In this document: positions 51,314-63,821 of the stretch, piece after piece
Layout: the number at the start of each line of letters is the position of its first letter
Numbering within the stretch: position 1 is the stretch's first letter
Source: an uncultured Methylophaga sp.
Lineage (GTDB): Bacteria; Pseudomonadota; Gammaproteobacteria; GCF-002020875
Direction of reading: 5' to 3'
Length of the DNA stretch: 64,000 nt
Assembly (NCBI GenBank): GCA_937877715.1
Contig: CALEHW010000023.1
Coordinates: forward strand, 21,290 to 85,289
The notes under the pieces: generated by a model
Database searches by the model: none
Told to the model about the DNA's origin: nothing
What the model saw: only the letters and a program-made list of their open reading frames with translations
Made by a program: the position numbers and the translations under genes

Positions 51314-53639
51314 CTTCTATCGGTGGAGGTGCCAATACCTCACGCTGCCCATTGGAGCCAATCGGTCCAACTACACCAGTAATCTCCATCGCCTCAACTA
51401 GACGTGATGCACGGTTATACCCCACACGCAGTCGACGCTGCACCCCGGAGACAGAGGCCTTGCGGCTCTCCGTAACTATACGTACCGCATCATCATAGAG
51501 CACATCATCCTCGGCATCATCAACTCCACCCCCATTGCCTGCTCCTCCCTCACTACTCTCGCGTGTAGTCAATACCTCCTCTACATATTGAGGCTCACCA
51601 CTACGTTTCAGATGGTCAACCACACGGTGGACCTCCTCATCATCGACAAAGGCACAGTGCACACGTACTGGTAGCCCTGCACCTGCAGGAAGGTAGAGCA
51701 TATCTCCCCTACCCAGCAGATTCTCTGCTCCCATCTGATCAAGAATAACCCTGGAGTCCATCCGTGAGGAGACCTGGAATGCAATTCTGGTCGGGATATT
51801 GGATTTGATCAGTCCGGTAATGACATCCACCGATGGGCGCTGGGTTGCCAGAACCAGATGGAGTCCTGCTGCACGTGCCTTCTGGGCAATACGGACAATC
51901 AGATCCTCCACCTTCTTACCCACCTGCATCATCAGATCGGCAAACTCATCCACAATCACCACAATGTATGGCAGGTGCTCCAGGGTATGCGGGGCCTCAC
52001 CCTCAACCACCTCGTAAAGTGGGTCGGCCAAGGGGGCACCTGCATCAATCGCATCCTGCACCTTCTTGTTGTATCCACCAAGACTGCGCACACCCAGTGC
52101 CGACATCATCTTGTAGCGACGCTCCATCTCAGCCACACACCAGCGCAGGGCACTGGCAGCCTCATTCATATCTGTAACTACCGGAGCTAGCAGATGGGGG
52201 ATGCCCTCATATACCGAAAGCTCCAGCATCTTAGGGTCCACCATGATGATGCGCACATGCTCAGGCGAGTACTTGTAGAGCAGGCTAAGCACCATGGTGT
52301 TTACACTGACCGACTTGCCAGAACCGGTGGTACCAGCCACCAGCAGATGCGGCATCTTGGTGAGGTCGGCAACTACCGGCTGGCCGCCGATATCCTTACC
52401 CAATGCCAGGGTCAGGGCGCCCTTGGAGTGGTCATATTGGTGTGAGGCGAGAATCTCTGAGAGGAATACTGTCTCCCGAACCTCGTTGGGGATCTCCAGG
52501 CCTATAGTTGGTTTGCCTGGAATAACCTCAACCACACGAACGCTCTGCAGACTCAGTGAACGGGCCAGATCATTGGATAGTCCGGTGATCTTGCTTGCCT
52601 TCAACCCCGGGGCCGGCATCAACTCAAAGCGGGTAATAACTGGCCCGGGCTGCACTGCCACTACCTCTACCTCCACCCCAAAATCCTTCAGCTTGAGCTC
52701 AACCTGACGTGATATAACCTGAAGTATCTCATCGGAATAGCCGCCATCCTGCTGTATAGCCTTGCTCAACAACGAGAGTGGTGGTGGAGAGGATCTGTCG
52801 ATCGCGAAAGTAGTGGGGAGCTCCTCGAACAGTGACCCCTGTGTCTCCTTGAGTGCACGCTCACTAATCTCTACCGAGCCAAGCTTTGGCTCAATCTTTG
52901 GCTGCTTCTGTTTGCGTGTCTTCTTGCGCTCTCTTCTCACCTCCTGGTCACGATTCTCCTTGGCCAGACGTGCCGCTTTCCAGTCTCGGATCTGCCCCGG
53001 CAGTGAACGTATCCGCAGCATCCCCTCCAGCACCATGGCCCCAACCCGATCCATCAACGCAAACCATGAGAGATGGGTAAAGATGGAGACTCCCGCAAGG
53101 AATATGGCAAGCAGGAAGACGGTACTACCAAAAGAACCAATAGTGGACTCAAAACCACTACCGACAAGGTTGCCCAGGATTCCTCCTGTCTGCGCTGGGA
53201 AGCTCTCGTCAAAGCGGTGAAAATGGAGATAGGATATCCCTGCACCTCCTATGATCATCATCAGAAACCCCCCAACCCGGATCGCCAGCAGGTGGGGTTG
53301 ATAACGCAGCAATCTGGCCCGATCAATAAATAGCAGCCATCCAATCCACCCCGCAATTGGGGGGATAATCCACGCCATTACCCCGAGAATAGTGAAGAGC
53401 ACATCGGCAAACCACGCCCCTATAACCCCTCCGGCATTACTATAGCTGGAGACCGGTGCACTATAGTTCCAGGCCGGGTCATTCATGCTGAAGGTGAAGA
53501 GCGAGACCAGCAGATAGAGGGTGAGCGCAAGACTGATGAAGAGCGCGCCCTCGCGCAACCCCCGACTCACATGGGCGGTATTGGCAGTTGGACTAGCTCT
53601 CCTTCTACTGTTCTGGCTTTTTTTTCTGGTTGTTGCCAA
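51306..53639 (-). CDS. ftsK: DNA translocase FtsK.
   Basis: 777 aa. N-terminal TM segments. C-terminal motor with GTTGSGKS and a winged-helix gamma domain. Confidence 0.95.
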   Translation of the reverse strand: MATTRKKSQNSRRRASPTANTAHVSRGLREGALFISLALTLYLLVSLFTFSMNDPAWNYSAPVSSYSNAGGVIGAWFADVLFTILGVMAWIIPPIAGWIGWLLFIDRARLLRYQPHLLAIRVGGFLMMIIGGAGISYLHFHRFDESFPAQTGGILGNLVGSGFESTIGSFGSTVFLLAIFLAGVSIFTHLSWFALMDRVGAMVLEGMLRIRSLPGQIRDWKAARLAKENRDQEVRRERKKTRKQKQPKIEPKLGSVEISERALKETQGSLFEELPTTFAIDRSSPPPLSLLSKAIQQDGGYSDEILQVISRQVELKLKDFGVEVEVVAVQPGPVITRFELMPAPGLKASKITGLSNDLARSLSLQSVRVVEVIPGKPTIGLEIPNEVRETVFLSEILASHQYDHSKGALTLALGKDIGGQPVVADLTKMPHLLVAGTTGSGKSVSVNTMVLSLLYKYSPEHVRIIMVDPKMLELSVYEGIPHLLAPVVTDMNEAASALRWCVAEMERRYKMMSALGVRSLGGYNKKVQDAIDAGAPLADPLYEVVEGEAPHTLEHLPYIVVIVDEFADLMMQVGKKVEDLIVRIAQKARAAGLHLVLATQRPSVDVITGLIKSNIPTRIAFQVSSRMDSRVILDQMGAENLLGRGDMLYLPAGAGLPVRVHCAFVDDEEVHRVVDHLKRSGEPQYVEEVLTTRESSEGGAGNGGGVDDAEDDVLYDDAVRIVTESRKASVSGVQRRLRVGYNRASRLVEAMEITGVVGPIGSNGQREVLAPPPIEVD

Positions 53640-53843
53640 CAGGTTATTCCCCTAGCGTATCAATCTACTTGTAATCTTCGTCATTCTAACGGATTTGGCC
53701 AAAACACCGGTTATTTTCTTGACACGTCGAAATCATATCCTATCCTCTCGTGGAGTCTCATCCACATCCGTTCAGTGTAATAATCAGAGGCAGCCAGGCA
53801 CACACGAACCGTATGATGGGTGAGGCTTTTCAGTGCTCGCATA

Positions 53844-54923
53844 CTATTGCTGCATCCCACGCAGTGCATGGTAGACCACCTCCCCGCCCTCTACGTTGAT
53901 TCCCTCTGACAGTGGTCGGCTCTCTCTCCAGTCTGGACGACCCAGCTCTGACACCCATGGAAGAATGGCAGAGGAGAGTGCCTGGGTGGCCGTTCGTGGC
54001 ACTGCACCCGGCATATTGGTTACCCCAAAGTGGGTGACTCCTACCACTGAGTAGGTGGGATTTTCATAGTTTGTCGGGTGGGTGGTCTCAACACAGCCCC
54101 CCTGATCGACTGAGATATCGATAACCACACTACCCGCCTCCATCTGCCTGATCACCTTCTCTGATACCAGCTTTGGCGCACGCTCCCCCTTGATCAGAAC
54201 CGCTCCCACCAGAAGATCCGCCGCGGCTACCTGCTCCTCAATGTTTTCCGGGGTAGAGAAGAGCCCATTAACCCTGGCACCAAGCCCCTCTACCCGATTT
54301 ATATTCTCCTGACTGTGTTCAAGAACAGTAACCCTGGCCCCCAATGCAGAGGCAACCTGAATGGCTGCCGAGCCGGCAACTCCACCACCAACCACAACAA
54401 CATGGCCAGAATTTGCCCCCTCCAGCCCACCCAGCAGCACTCCCTTGCCACCCTCTGGCTGGTGCAGTAGCCTGGTTCCAATCTGAACGGAGAGTTTTCC
54501 CGCAATCAGACTCATTGGGGTCAATAGTGGAAGTCTCTCCTCAACCTCAACAGTCTCGAAAGCAACCGCAGTCAACCCTATCTCACACAGCGCATTCATC
54601 AGCCGCAGATCTGCTGCTAGATGGAGAAAACAGAATAGCAGATGGTCACTGCGCAACAGAGAGAGCTCCTCTGGTTGCGGCTCCTTCACCTTTACAATCA
54701 GTTGCGACATTCCATAGAGTGAAGCTGCATCAGGCAGAACCTCTGCCCCGGCTAACCTATACTCCTCATCACTGAAACCACTCAGGGTACCGGCCCCCTG
54801 TTCAACATGGACTCTATTGCCCCGCACCACCAGAACAGAAACCGCCTCCGGGGTCAGCGCAACCCTCCCCTCAAGGGTCCTTATCTCACGCGGAACACCA
54901 ATTATTGACCCATTCATGTACAA
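53844..54923 (-). CDS. ald: Alanine dehydrogenase.
   Basis: 359 aa. IIGVPREI...RVALTPEAV N-terminus. VVGGGVAGSAAIQVASALGARVTVLE NAD fold. Confidence 0.85.
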   Translation of the reverse strand: MYMNGSIIGVPREIRTLEGRVALTPEAVSVLVVRGNRVHVEQGAGTLSGFSDEEYRLAGAEVLPDAASLYGMSQLIVKVKEPQPEELSLLRSDHLLFCFLHLAADLRLMNALCEIGLTAVAFETVEVEERLPLLTPMSLIAGKLSVQIGTRLLHQPEGGKGVLLGGLEGANSGHVVVVGGGVAGSAAIQVASALGARVTVLEHSQENINRVEGLGARVNGLFSTPENIEEQVAAADLLVGAVLIKGERAPKLVSEKVIRQMEAGSVVIDISVDQGGCVETTHPTNYENPTYSVVGVTHFGVTNMPGAVPRTATQALSSAILPWVSELGRPDWRESRPLSEGINVEGGEVVYHALRGMQQ

Positions 54924-54961
54924 TCCTCATCATAAAATTTGCCCCATAATACAGAATTTAA

Positions 54962-55927
<966 letters not shown>

Positions 55928-55998
55928 GCAGCCCACTGGCGATTAATGTATAATCTCGCACCTTCCAACAGACAGCACACAAATATTTCACGGCAGAC

Positions 55999-56217
55999 AT
56001 GGCAAAAGAAGAACATATTGAGATGGAGGGGACGGTCATTGAGAACCTCCCCAACACCACCTTCAGGGTGGAACTTGAGAATGGACATAAGGTGATAGCC
56101 CATATATCGGGCAAGATGCGCAAGCACTACATCCGTATCCTCAAGGGTGACAAGGTGACTGTGGCACTTACCCCTTATGACCTGAGCAAGGGACGAATCA
56201 CCTTCAGAGCCCGCTAA
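55999..56217 (+). CDS. infA: Translation initiation factor IF-1.
   Basis: 72 aa. [30 protein letters not shown]... is near-identical to the bacterial IF-1 consensus. Confidence 0.95.
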   Translation: MAKEEHIEMEGTVIENLPNTTFRVELENGHKVIAHISGKMRKHYIRILKGDKVTVALTPYDLSKGRITFRAR

Positions 56218-56227
56218 GCGAAAGCTG

Positions 56228-58543
56228 TCAGGACTCCTCGGCGGACGACCTCTCTCTGATTTTTCGTCTACTCCGGTCAGGCTTCTCCGCCTTGCGGTAG
56301 GTAAAGTCCAAAGCCCCATCACTTACCGAGACCTCAACCTCTCCCCCGTTCATCAACTCGCCAAACAGCAGCTTCTCTGCCAACGGCTTGCGAATCTCTT
56401 CACGAATCAGACGAGCCATTGGGCGAGCCCCCATACTGGAGTCATACCCCTTCTCTGCAAGCCAGGTCCGGGCCTCATCATCAACAGCAATCTGAACCCG
56501 TTTCTGGTCAAGCTGTATCTCCAGCTCTGTAATAAACTTATCCACAATGTTGGCAATATTGGCCATATCAAGTGAATGGAACTGAATTGTTGCATCCAGC
56601 CGATTTCTGAACTCCGGAGTAAACTGCCGTTTCACCTCAGCCAGGCCATCACTGGAGTGGTCCTGACGAGAGAAGCCAATTGATGGACGATTTATCTTTT
56701 CCGCCCCGATATTGGAGGTCATAACCAACACAACATTTCTAAAATCACTCTTACGGCCATTTGAATCGGTCAGTGAGCCATGATCCATAACCTGCAGCAG
56801 CAGATTAAAGACATCGTGGTGAGCCTTCTCTATCTCATCAAGCAGAAGTACTGCATATGGGCTCTGGTTGACGGCATCTGTTAATAACCCTCCCTGATCA
56901 AACCCCACATAGCCAGGGGGCGCACCAATCAGACGGGAAACGGTGTGGCGCTCCATATATTCAGACATATCAAAACGAATTAGCTCCACCCCCATCTGCA
57001 GGGCCAGTTGACGGGCAACCTCGGTCTTCCCCACCCCTGTGGGACCGACAAAGAGAAATGAGCCTACAGGTCGCTCCTCACTACCCAGCCCGGAACGGGA
57101 GAGCTTGATTGCAGAACCGAGGGTCTCAATAGCCTCGTCCTGTCCAAAGACCACCATCTTCAGATTGCGTTCCAGCTTCTCAAGATGGTCACGATCTGAG
57201 CTGGAGACATTCTTGGAGGGGACCCGGGCAATTTTTGCAACCACCTCCTCAACCTCTCTGACTCCAACAGTCTTGCGTCGGCGCGATGGAGAGAGCAGCT
57301 GATTCCTTGCCCCCGCCTCATCCATCACATCAATCGCCTTGTCGGGAAGATGGCGATCCCCGATATAGCGATCCGCCAGTTCTGCCGCTGTAGTCAGGGC
57401 CTGACGGGTAAACTTCACCTTGTGGTGCTCCTCAAAACGGCTCTTCAGCCCCCGCAAAATCTTGATGGTATCGGGAACGGATGGCTCATTGATATCAATC
57501 TTCTGGAAACGGCGAGCCAGCGCGTGGTCCTTCTCGAAGATTCCCCGATACTCCTGAAAGGTGGTGGAGCCGATACAACGGAGATCTCCAGCTGCCAGTT
57601 TCGGCTTGATCAGATTGGAGGCATCCATGGTCCCACCAGAGGCCGCCCCGGCACCGATAATGGTATGGATCTCGTCGATAAAGAGGATGGTATCTGCAAC
57701 CCCCTCCAGCTGCTTCAGTAGCCCCTTCAGACGTTTCTCAAAATCACCGCGATATTTGGTTCCTGCTAGCAGGGAGCCCATATCTAAGGAGTAGATAGTG
57801 CTCTCAGCAATCACCTCCGGGACCTCGCCATCCACAATTCTGCGGGCAAGCCCCTCAGCAATGGCGGTTTTGCCGACACCAGCCTCCCCCACCAGCAACG
57901 GATTGTTCTTGCGACGACGACAGAGCACCTGAATCGTGCGCTCCACCTCATCCTCCCGCCCTATCAGCGGATCGATTTTTCCCTGTTCGGCCAGAATATT
58001 GAGGTTGGTAGCGTAGCGTGTGAGTGGCCCATCCTCCTCTCCCTCCTGCACCTCGCCACCATGTTCCGGCTGCTCCTTGCCCTCCTCATCCTCCTGGAGA
58101 TATTCACTCTCATGGGAGACGTAGTGGACCACATCTAGGCGGGAGATCTCCTGCTGGGCAAGGAAGAAGACCGCATGTGACTCCTTCTCTCCAAACATTG
58201 CAACCAGAATATTCTCCGCACTAACCTCACTCCTGCCTGCCGACTGCACCTGAAAGATGGAGCGCTGCAGCACCCGCTGAAAACCCAGGGTTGGCTGGGG
58301 ATCACGCTCATCACCATCAACCAGCGGCGGGGTATTCTGCTCGATAAACTCCTCCAGCTGTCCACGCAGAACCTCCAGCTTGGCGCCACACCCCCTCAGC
58401 AGATCTGCCGAGAGCGGATTATCCAGCAGCACCAGCAGCAGGTGCTCCAGGGTAATGAACTCATGACGCTGGTCACGTGCCTGCTTGACTGCGAGTCCCA
58501 GGGAAAATTCCAGTTCCTTGCTTAACATATCTGTAGGCCTCAA
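56228..58543 (-). CDS. clpA: ATP-dependent Clp protease ATP-binding subunit ClpA.
   Basis: 771 aa. Two AAA modules ([16 protein letters not shown]). Confidence 0.95.
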   Translation of the reverse strand: MRPTDMLSKELEFSLGLAVKQARDQRHEFITLEHLLLVLLDNPLSADLLRGCGAKLEVLRGQLEEFIEQNTPPLVDGDERDPQPTLGFQRVLQRSIFQVQSAGRSEVSAENILVAMFGEKESHAVFFLAQQEISRLDVVHYVSHESEYLQEDEEGKEQPEHGGEVQEGEEDGPLTRYATNLNILAEQGKIDPLIGREDEVERTIQVLCRRRKNNPLLVGEAGVGKTAIAEGLARRIVDGEVPEVIAESTIYSLDMGSLLAGTKYRGDFEKRLKGLLKQLEGVADTILFIDEIHTIIGAGAASGGTMDASNLIKPKLAAGDLRCIGSTTFQEYRGIFEKDHALARRFQKIDINEPSVPDTIKILRGLKSRFEEHHKVKFTRQALTTAAELADRYIGDRHLPDKAIDVMDEAGARNQLLSPSRRRKTVGVREVEEVVAKIARVPSKNVSSSDRDHLEKLERNLKMVVFGQDEAIETLGSAIKLSRSGLGSEERPVGSFLFVGPTGVGKTEVARQLALQMGVELIRFDMSEYMERHTVSRLIGAPPGYVGFDQGGLLTDAVNQSPYAVLLLDEIEKAHHDVFNLLLQVMDHGSLTDSNGRKSDFRNVVLVMTSNIGAEKINRPSIGFSRQDHSSDGLAEVKRQFTPEFRNRLDATIQFHSLDMANIANIVDKFITELEIQLDQKRVQIAVDDEARTWLAEKGYDSSMGARPMARLIREEIRKPLAEKLLFGELMNGGEVEVSVSDGALDFTYRKAEKPDRSRRKIRERSSAEES

Positions 58544-58899
58544 ATCCTCTCCAGTGAACTTACCAGCGGATGCTGATGTTCACGTGCATAATCATTGACC
58601 TGCGCCACCTTGGTCTCGGCAATCTCGTGACTGAAGGTGCCACATACCCCCTTGCCGCGAGTATGGACGTGAAGCATCACCTCTGTCGCCTGCTCACCAT
58701 CCATCTGAAAGAAGCGTCGTAGCAACTCAACCACAAACTCCATCGGCGTATAGTCATCATTCAGCAGAATAACCTGGTACCTTGACGGCTCCTGCAGCTG
58801 CGGGCGCGCCTCCTGCACGTCCAGCTCGGTGTGGTGGATGGGGCCTATTTCGTGACTACTCATAACGATCTTATATGGGGCCTCTTCTGCTGTTTTCAA
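58540..58899 (-). CDS. clpS: Clp protease adaptor ClpS.
   Basis: 119 aa. [20 protein letters not shown]. Confidence 0.9.
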   Translation of the reverse strand: MKTAEEAPYKIVMSSHEIGPIHHTELDVQEARPQLQEPSRYQVILLNDDYTPMEFVVELLRRFFQMDGEQATEVMLHVHTRGKGVCGTFSHEIAETKVAQVNDYAREHQHPLVSSLERI

Positions 58900-58998
58900 C
58901 CATCCCCCCTCTCCAAAACCATATAACCTCGGGGATCCTGTATTCTCTCCTCACTACTGAATATACTACCGGATATCATCCCTTCCCAACTTTTTTTC

Positions 58999-59532
58999 AT
59001 GATTATCCTCTTCAACAAACCGTTTAATGTGCTGACCCAGTTCCGTGGCCATGATGGCCGCCCAACGCTGGCTGACTATATCCCGATCAGCAAGGTCTAC
59101 CCCGCCGGACGGCTCGATCGAGATAGTGAGGGTCTGTTGATACTGACAGATGATGGTACGCTGCAGGCTAGAATCAGCCACCCCAGACACAAGATGGAGA
59201 AGAAGTACTGGGTACAGGTTGATGGGATGCCAGACGAGGAGGCACTCCAGCAACTCAGAGAAGGGGTGGAGATAAAGGGCGGAAAAACTGCTCCAGCATA
59301 TGCAGAACATATCGCTCCGCCTCCCGTCTGGCCACGTACACCACCAATCCGGGTGCGCAAGAACATCCCCGACAGCTGGATTGAGTTACGCATTCGTGAA
59401 GGGAAGAATCGTCAGGTACGGCGAATGACCGCTGCGGTCGGCCACCCCACCCTGCGCCTGATTCGTGCAGCCATCGGTCCCTGGAGCCTGGATGGTCTAG
59501 AGCCCGGAGAGTGGCGTAAAATAGAGCAGTGA
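58999..59532 (+). CDS. rluE: 23S rRNA pseudouridine synthase RluE.
   Basis: 177 aa. [13 protein letters not shown]...[35 protein letters not shown] matches E. coli RluE. Confidence 0.85.
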   Translation: MIILFNKPFNVLTQFRGHDGRPTLADYIPISKVYPAGRLDRDSEGLLILTDDGTLQARISHPRHKMEKKYWVQVDGMPDEEALQQLREGVEIKGGKTAPAYAEHIAPPPVWPRTPPIRVRKNIPDSWIELRIREGKNRQVRRMTAAVGHPTLRLIRAAIGPWSLDGLEPGEWRKIEQ

Positions 59533-60617
59533 ACAGCCACAAAAAAATCATTGTTGGACTCTCTGGCGGGGTGGACTCCTCAGTTGCCGCAAAGCTTCTG
59601 CTGGAGCAGGGGTTTGAAGTTGAGGGGCTCTTCATGAAGAATTGGGAGGAGGATGACGACTCCGGCTACTGTAGCGCAGAGGAGGATCTGGCCGACGCAC
59701 AGAGCGTTGCAGAACAGCTGGGAATCCATCTCCACACCATCAACTTCTCTCACGAATACTGGGAGCAGGTCTTCAGCCACTTTCTTGACGAGTATCGAGC
59801 AGGGCGTACCCCCAACCCGGACATCCTCTGCAATCGGGAGATCAAATTTCGTGCCTTTCTCGACCACGCGCTGGAACTTGGAGCTGATGCCATAGCCACC
59901 GGTCACTATGCACGAATCGAGCAATATGGAGGGGAATTCCAGCTCCTCAAGGGGGTTGATTCAGGAAAGGACCAATCCTACTTTCTCCATCTACTGAACC
60001 AGCAACAGCTATCTCATGCCCTCTTCCCTCTGGGCGGAATGCAGAAAGATGAGGTACGAAAGATTGCAGAAAACAGTCAATTTACCAATGCCGACAAACG
60101 GGACAGCACCGGAATCTGTTTTATCGGGGAGAGAAATTTCCGTGATTTTCTCAGCAACTATCTCCCTGCCCAGCCCGGCGAGATCAGAACTCCAGAAGGT
60201 GACCGCATCGGAGAGCACCAAGGGTTGATGTACCACACTCTGGGGCAACGCAAGGGGCTGGGGATTGGTGGCCTGGCAGGCTACAGTGAGGAGCCCTGGT
60301 ACGCTGTCGCCAAGGATCTCGAAAACAACACACTTATCGCCGCCCAGGAGAAGAACCATCCGCTGTTGATGAGTACAAATATAGAGACCGGCCCCATCCA
60401 CTGGATTGGCACCCCCGTGAAGAGCTTCCCCTTCAGCTGTATGGCACAGAGCCGCTACCGCCAGAGTGACCAGAGCTGTACCATCATATCGGCTGACGAT
60501 AGTGGAGCAGAGATCCATTTCGATACCCCCCAGCGTGCCATCACCCCTGGGCAATCTATGGTTTTCTACCTGCATGATCACTGCCTGGGTGGGGCTGTGA
60601 TAAGATCGTCGAAATGA
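59529..60617 (+). CDS. mnmA: tRNA-specific 2-thiouridylase MnmA.
   Basis: 362 aa. [17 protein letters not shown]-loop. Confidence 0.9.
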   Translation: MNSHKKIIVGLSGGVDSSVAAKLLLEQGFEVEGLFMKNWEEDDDSGYCSAEEDLADAQSVAEQLGIHLHTINFSHEYWEQVFSHFLDEYRAGRTPNPDILCNREIKFRAFLDHALELGADAIATGHYARIEQYGGEFQLLKGVDSGKDQSYFLHLLNQQQLSHALFPLGGMQKDEVRKIAENSQFTNADKRDSTGICFIGERNFRDFLSNYLPAQPGEIRTPEGDRIGEHQGLMYHTLGQRKGLGIGGLAGYSEEPWYAVAKDLENNTLIAAQEKNHPLLMSTNIETGPIHWIGTPVKSFPFSCMAQSRYRQSDQSCTIISADDSGAEIHFDTPQRAITPGQSMVFYLHDHCLGGAVIRSSK

Positions 60618-61111
60618 GAAAACTCGCCTATATAACTCTCTCCCTGTTGCTGTTTACCACCACAATATTTGCAGCAGAGCCTCCTACTCAGGAGATGCTA
60701 GTACAACATTCGGTGGTCAAGATGCGGCTCTCCCCGGCAATCACTATTGAGGATGCAACCGAGGCCATGCTCTCCAAGGCTGTGGAACTTAACCTTGCCC
60801 TGGTTGGCAGGCAACAGATGTCTGCCGCCCTTGGTAGAAGAGGGATTGATTCCTCCCACATTGAAATTTTCCAGTTCTGTAATCCAGAAGATGCAGTAAA
60901 GATGGTGCGCTATGACATAATCTACGCCGCCTACATGCCGTGCCGGATTGCCCTGGTCGAGGATGAGAGTGGATCTCCATGGCTCACTACCCTCAATCTC
61001 AACATGATGATTGAAAAAGACAGGCTACCTGACGAGATCTACCGAATTGCAGTTACCACCAACACCAAAATGATGGCCATCATGACTGCCGGAGCCAACG
61101 GCGATTTTTAG
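60614..61111 (+). CDS. DUF302 domain-containing secreted protein.
   Basis: 165 aa. Signal peptide. [10 protein letters not shown] is a DUF302-like core. Confidence 0.6.
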   Translation: MRKLAYITLSLLLFTTTIFAAEPPTQEMLVQHSVVKMRLSPAITIEDATEAMLSKAVELNLALVGRQQMSAALGRRGIDSSHIEIFQFCNPEDAVKMVRYDIIYAAYMPCRIALVEDESGSPWLTTLNLNMMIEKDRLPDEIYRIAVTTNTKMMAIMTAGANGDF

Positions 61112-61270
61112 GTTTAGTATTACTGAGGTGGTTCCGCACCACCATCACAACACACTCTCTTAATTGACATATCAATATTATTTGTTAAAGTCAGCAGGTA
61201 GCCAGTAACCCTCTTGGGCTATTTGGTTGTTCTAGATATTAACAAGCAGTGTTGTTGCAGGAGGAGAAAG

Positions 61271-61546
61271 ATGTCAGTAGCTAAATATAATATAGACAGT
61301 TTTGTTGAATTTGGACAGATCCTGGGTGATCATGGCCTGACCGCTCATGTACTGCCTGAGGAGCAGAAGGTAGAGATTTCCGACCAGTATGGAAACAAAA
61401 TCAAGCGAAGATTTTCAGATGTGCTGTATGGCAAGGAGGGGTGCATCCTCTGCATACGCAGGGCTGCCGAACGCTTTGATAAACTCAAATTCCAGAGCAT
61501 GCGTGGAGTAAATGCGGCCAAGGCCGGAAAAATAGCCAATCACTAG
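61271..61546 (+). CDS. Hypothetical protein (91 aa).
   Basis: I prefer the ATG at 61271, preceded by GGAGGAGAAAG, over the ORF-track start at 61214. Confidence 0.4.
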   Translation: MSVAKYNIDSFVEFGQILGDHGLTAHVLPEEQKVEISDQYGNKIKRRFSDVLYGKEGCILCIRRAAERFDKLKFQSMRGVNAAKAGKIANH

Positions 61547-61662
61547 CCACCAAGATCTACCCAGACCTCCCCATCCTCTATGGTGAGTGGGTAGACTTTT
61601 ACGCTCTCCTCAGCCGGATGATCCATTACCTCCAACTCATCAACCAGCAGCAGCCTTCTCAT

Positions 61663-62751
61663 CTATAGGCGTCCAGCGGCTCTACCACTGGAGAGAGTGT
61701 CACGAACCTCTTCAACCCCCCGTTCCAGAGAGTCACAACGCCCCAGATGGTGCAATACAAGAGACGCGCCAAGTAGCAGGGCATCAGAGGTGATTCCCTG
61801 CTCTCCCTGTAGCGCAGCAATGCCCACCTCGGCTGCTCGCTTCGAGATTTCAAGATTACCCTCAGCTCCAACCGGTATGGCTTGGGCTCTAAGATCATGT
61901 TGTATTCCCAGTGCCCCAGGATCAACCTCGACAGCCAACCCCGGCCTCTCTTCAATAAATTGGTAGGTTGTTGATCCCTGTCTCAATGATGCCGTTACCC
62001 CACCCTCAACACCTCTAACCAACAGTGCAGAATTAAACCCTGCATGACGCGCCATCATTGCATAAATTCGTGCATATGGTTTATGAACATAACCTGTCAC
62101 CAGATGGGTTTTCTTAGAACCACGGATTGGGTGGGTCAGAGTCTCAGCAGTGGTTATCACAGTGCGCTTAATCAACTGGTTGCGTAACGGAATTAACTTA
62201 TGCAGAAGTGGGCATGACTGACTCTGATCGAGATAAGCCCACCCCACTGTGGGGTTACTTAACTGTGCAGCAGCCTGCTCTATAGAGAGATCAACATTGA
62301 CCCCTGCCTCACGCAGGATTTGGCGGTGAGTAAAACCAAATTTAGGGGGAACTATCTCAAGGCCCTGGGAAAATGCGGGTATACCTAGCTCAGCCAGTAG
62401 CGGTGCAAGGAATGGGGCAGCTGGTAGAGTCCTGTTATAGCCATTGTAGGGATCAGCTATATCAACCACATCATCCACCTCTGCAGTGGCCGTTTCTGTT
62501 ACATCCTGAATTCCACTAAGAATCCCACAATTCTCTTCATCAGTCTCTCTCTTCACACGCAGAGCAATCAGGAAAACTGCTGCCTGAATGGGGTCTACAA
62601 CCCCTTCCAGAATGGCCCGCATGCCAATTCGCGCCTCCTCCATCTCAATATCCTTACTTAGGGTTGGGCCAGTTGCAATACGCTGGATAATGGATCGCAT
62701 AACCTCTTGTGAATCAGCCACAGAAAGTGGTGGTTGGGCAGACATAGTCAA
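61663..62751 (-). CDS. Glycosyltransferase family 3 / anthranilate phosphoribosyltransferase-like protein (TrpD paralog).
   Basis: 362 aa. EEARIGMRAILEGVVDPIQAAVFLIALRVKRETDEE matches the TrpD N-terminal helical region. Not in a trp operon context. Confidence 0.65.
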   Translation of the reverse strand: MTMSAQPPLSVADSQEVMRSIIQRIATGPTLSKDIEMEEARIGMRAILEGVVDPIQAAVFLIALRVKRETDEENCGILSGIQDVTETATAEVDDVVDIADPYNGYNRTLPAAPFLAPLLAELGIPAFSQGLEIVPPKFGFTHRQILREAGVNVDLSIEQAAAQLSNPTVGWAYLDQSQSCPLLHKLIPLRNQLIKRTVITTAETLTHPIRGSKKTHLVTGYVHKPYARIYAMMARHAGFNSALLVRGVEGGVTASLRQGSTTYQFIEERPGLAVEVDPGALGIQHDLRAQAIPVGAEGNLEISKRAAEVGIAALQGEQGITSDALLLGASLVLHHLGRCDSLERGVEEVRDTLSSGRAAGRL

Positions 62752-62784
62752 ATACTCTCCTCAAGTAGGTTGATGTTGATGATA

Positions 62785-62830
62785 ACAGATAAAAATCTGT
62801 TTTTGATTTTTATCATTTTACGTGTATAAT
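62785..62830 (+). promoter_or_regulatory. Sigma-70-like promoter with an upstream palindromic operator.
   Basis: TTGATT (62803-62808), 16-nt spacer, TGTATAAT (62823-62830, extended -10). ACAGAT-aaaa-ATCTGT abuts the -35. Confidence 0.5.
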
Positions 62831-62872
62831 AACCCGGTAATCAACCACTAAATATTACAAGGAGCATATAGA

Positions 62873-63043
62873 ATGAATGTAGACCAACATCTTAAGGTTG
62901 CACAGTGGCATTTGGAGCAGGCAAGGATGCATGCAGCTAACGGGGATCATAAGTGCGGATGTCCCGCAAATGAACATGATCAAAAGGCAATTAATGCCAT
63001 TGAGAAGGGACTTGTTGAGGAAGAGAAAGCCTGCAACATCTAG
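62873..63043 (+). CDS. Small cytoplasmic protein (56 aa) with an HKCGCP motif. Below the ORF-track size cutoff.
   Basis: AAGGAG RBS 8 nt upstream of the ATG. Open frame ending at TAG 63041-63043. Immediately upstream of the HCxxMCGG membrane protein. Confidence 0.5.
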   Translation: MNVDQHLKVAQWHLEQARMHAANGDHKCGCPANEHDQKAINAIEKGLVEEEKACNI

Positions 63044-63083
63044 ACCGCAGAGGTTGAACAGCTGCCAGGGCTGATCCACACAT

Positions 63084-63821
63084 GTGGCTCAGCCCTTTTT
63101 ATATCTAGCTGTAACTACTACACTCCACCTGATGCTAACCGAATCACTATTTATCTCTGCTTTTTTTATGGGGCTACTGGGTGGAACCCACTGTGTTGGC
63201 ATGTGCGGTGGAATTGTCTCCGGACTTACCATGGGGCTACCTGAAAATGAGCGCAACAAGAGAAATCGACTGCTTACCTATCTGATCTCATATAACAGTG
63301 GAAGGATACTGAGCTATGCCATCGCCGGTGCAGTCGTTGCCACTCTCGGTATGGTTGCAGAAAATATTGGCAGTGGAATGGATGTCCGCAGATGGTTTAC
63401 CCTGATTGCGGCACTGGTAATGATTCTTCTGGGGCTTTACCTAACCGGCTGGTGGACCAGCGCCATTCTGGGTATTGAACGGGCGGGATCAATTGTGTGG
63501 CGCCTAATCGAACCAATGGCCAAAAAGTTCATTCCCATCCGTTCCACCACACAGGCCATGATTGCCGGCATGCTATGGGGATGGCTACCATGTGGGCTTG
63601 TCTACACAGCACTGCTCTGGTCAATGACAGCAGAAAGCTCCCTCCAGGGGGCAATGGTTATGATTAGCTTTGGAATTGGCACCCTCCCCACACTTTTGGG
63701 TCTTGGCTATTTTTCCAACTCCCTAATCAGTAAACTACAGAAAGGATGGGTACGAACCACTATGGGAATAACGGTTGCCGGGTTTGGCCTCTACCAATTA
63801 CAGGCACTCTATCTTTTATGA
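63084..63821 (+). CDS. Polytopic membrane protein with a GTHCVGMCGG motif (DsbD_2/'UreH-like' putative metal transporter family).
   Basis: 245 aa with about 6 TM helices. Conserved HCxxMCGG in TM1. Confidence 0.6.
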   Translation: MAQPFLYLAVTTTLHLMLTESLFISAFFMGLLGGTHCVGMCGGIVSGLTMGLPENERNKRNRLLTYLISYNSGRILSYAIAGAVVATLGMVAENIGSGMDVRRWFTLIAALVMILLGLYLTGWWTSAILGIERAGSIVWRLIEPMAKKFIPIRSTTQAMIAGMLWGWLPCGLVYTALLWSMTAESSLQGAMVMISFGIGTLPTLLGLGYFSNSLISKLQKGWVRTTMGITVAGFGLYQLQALYLL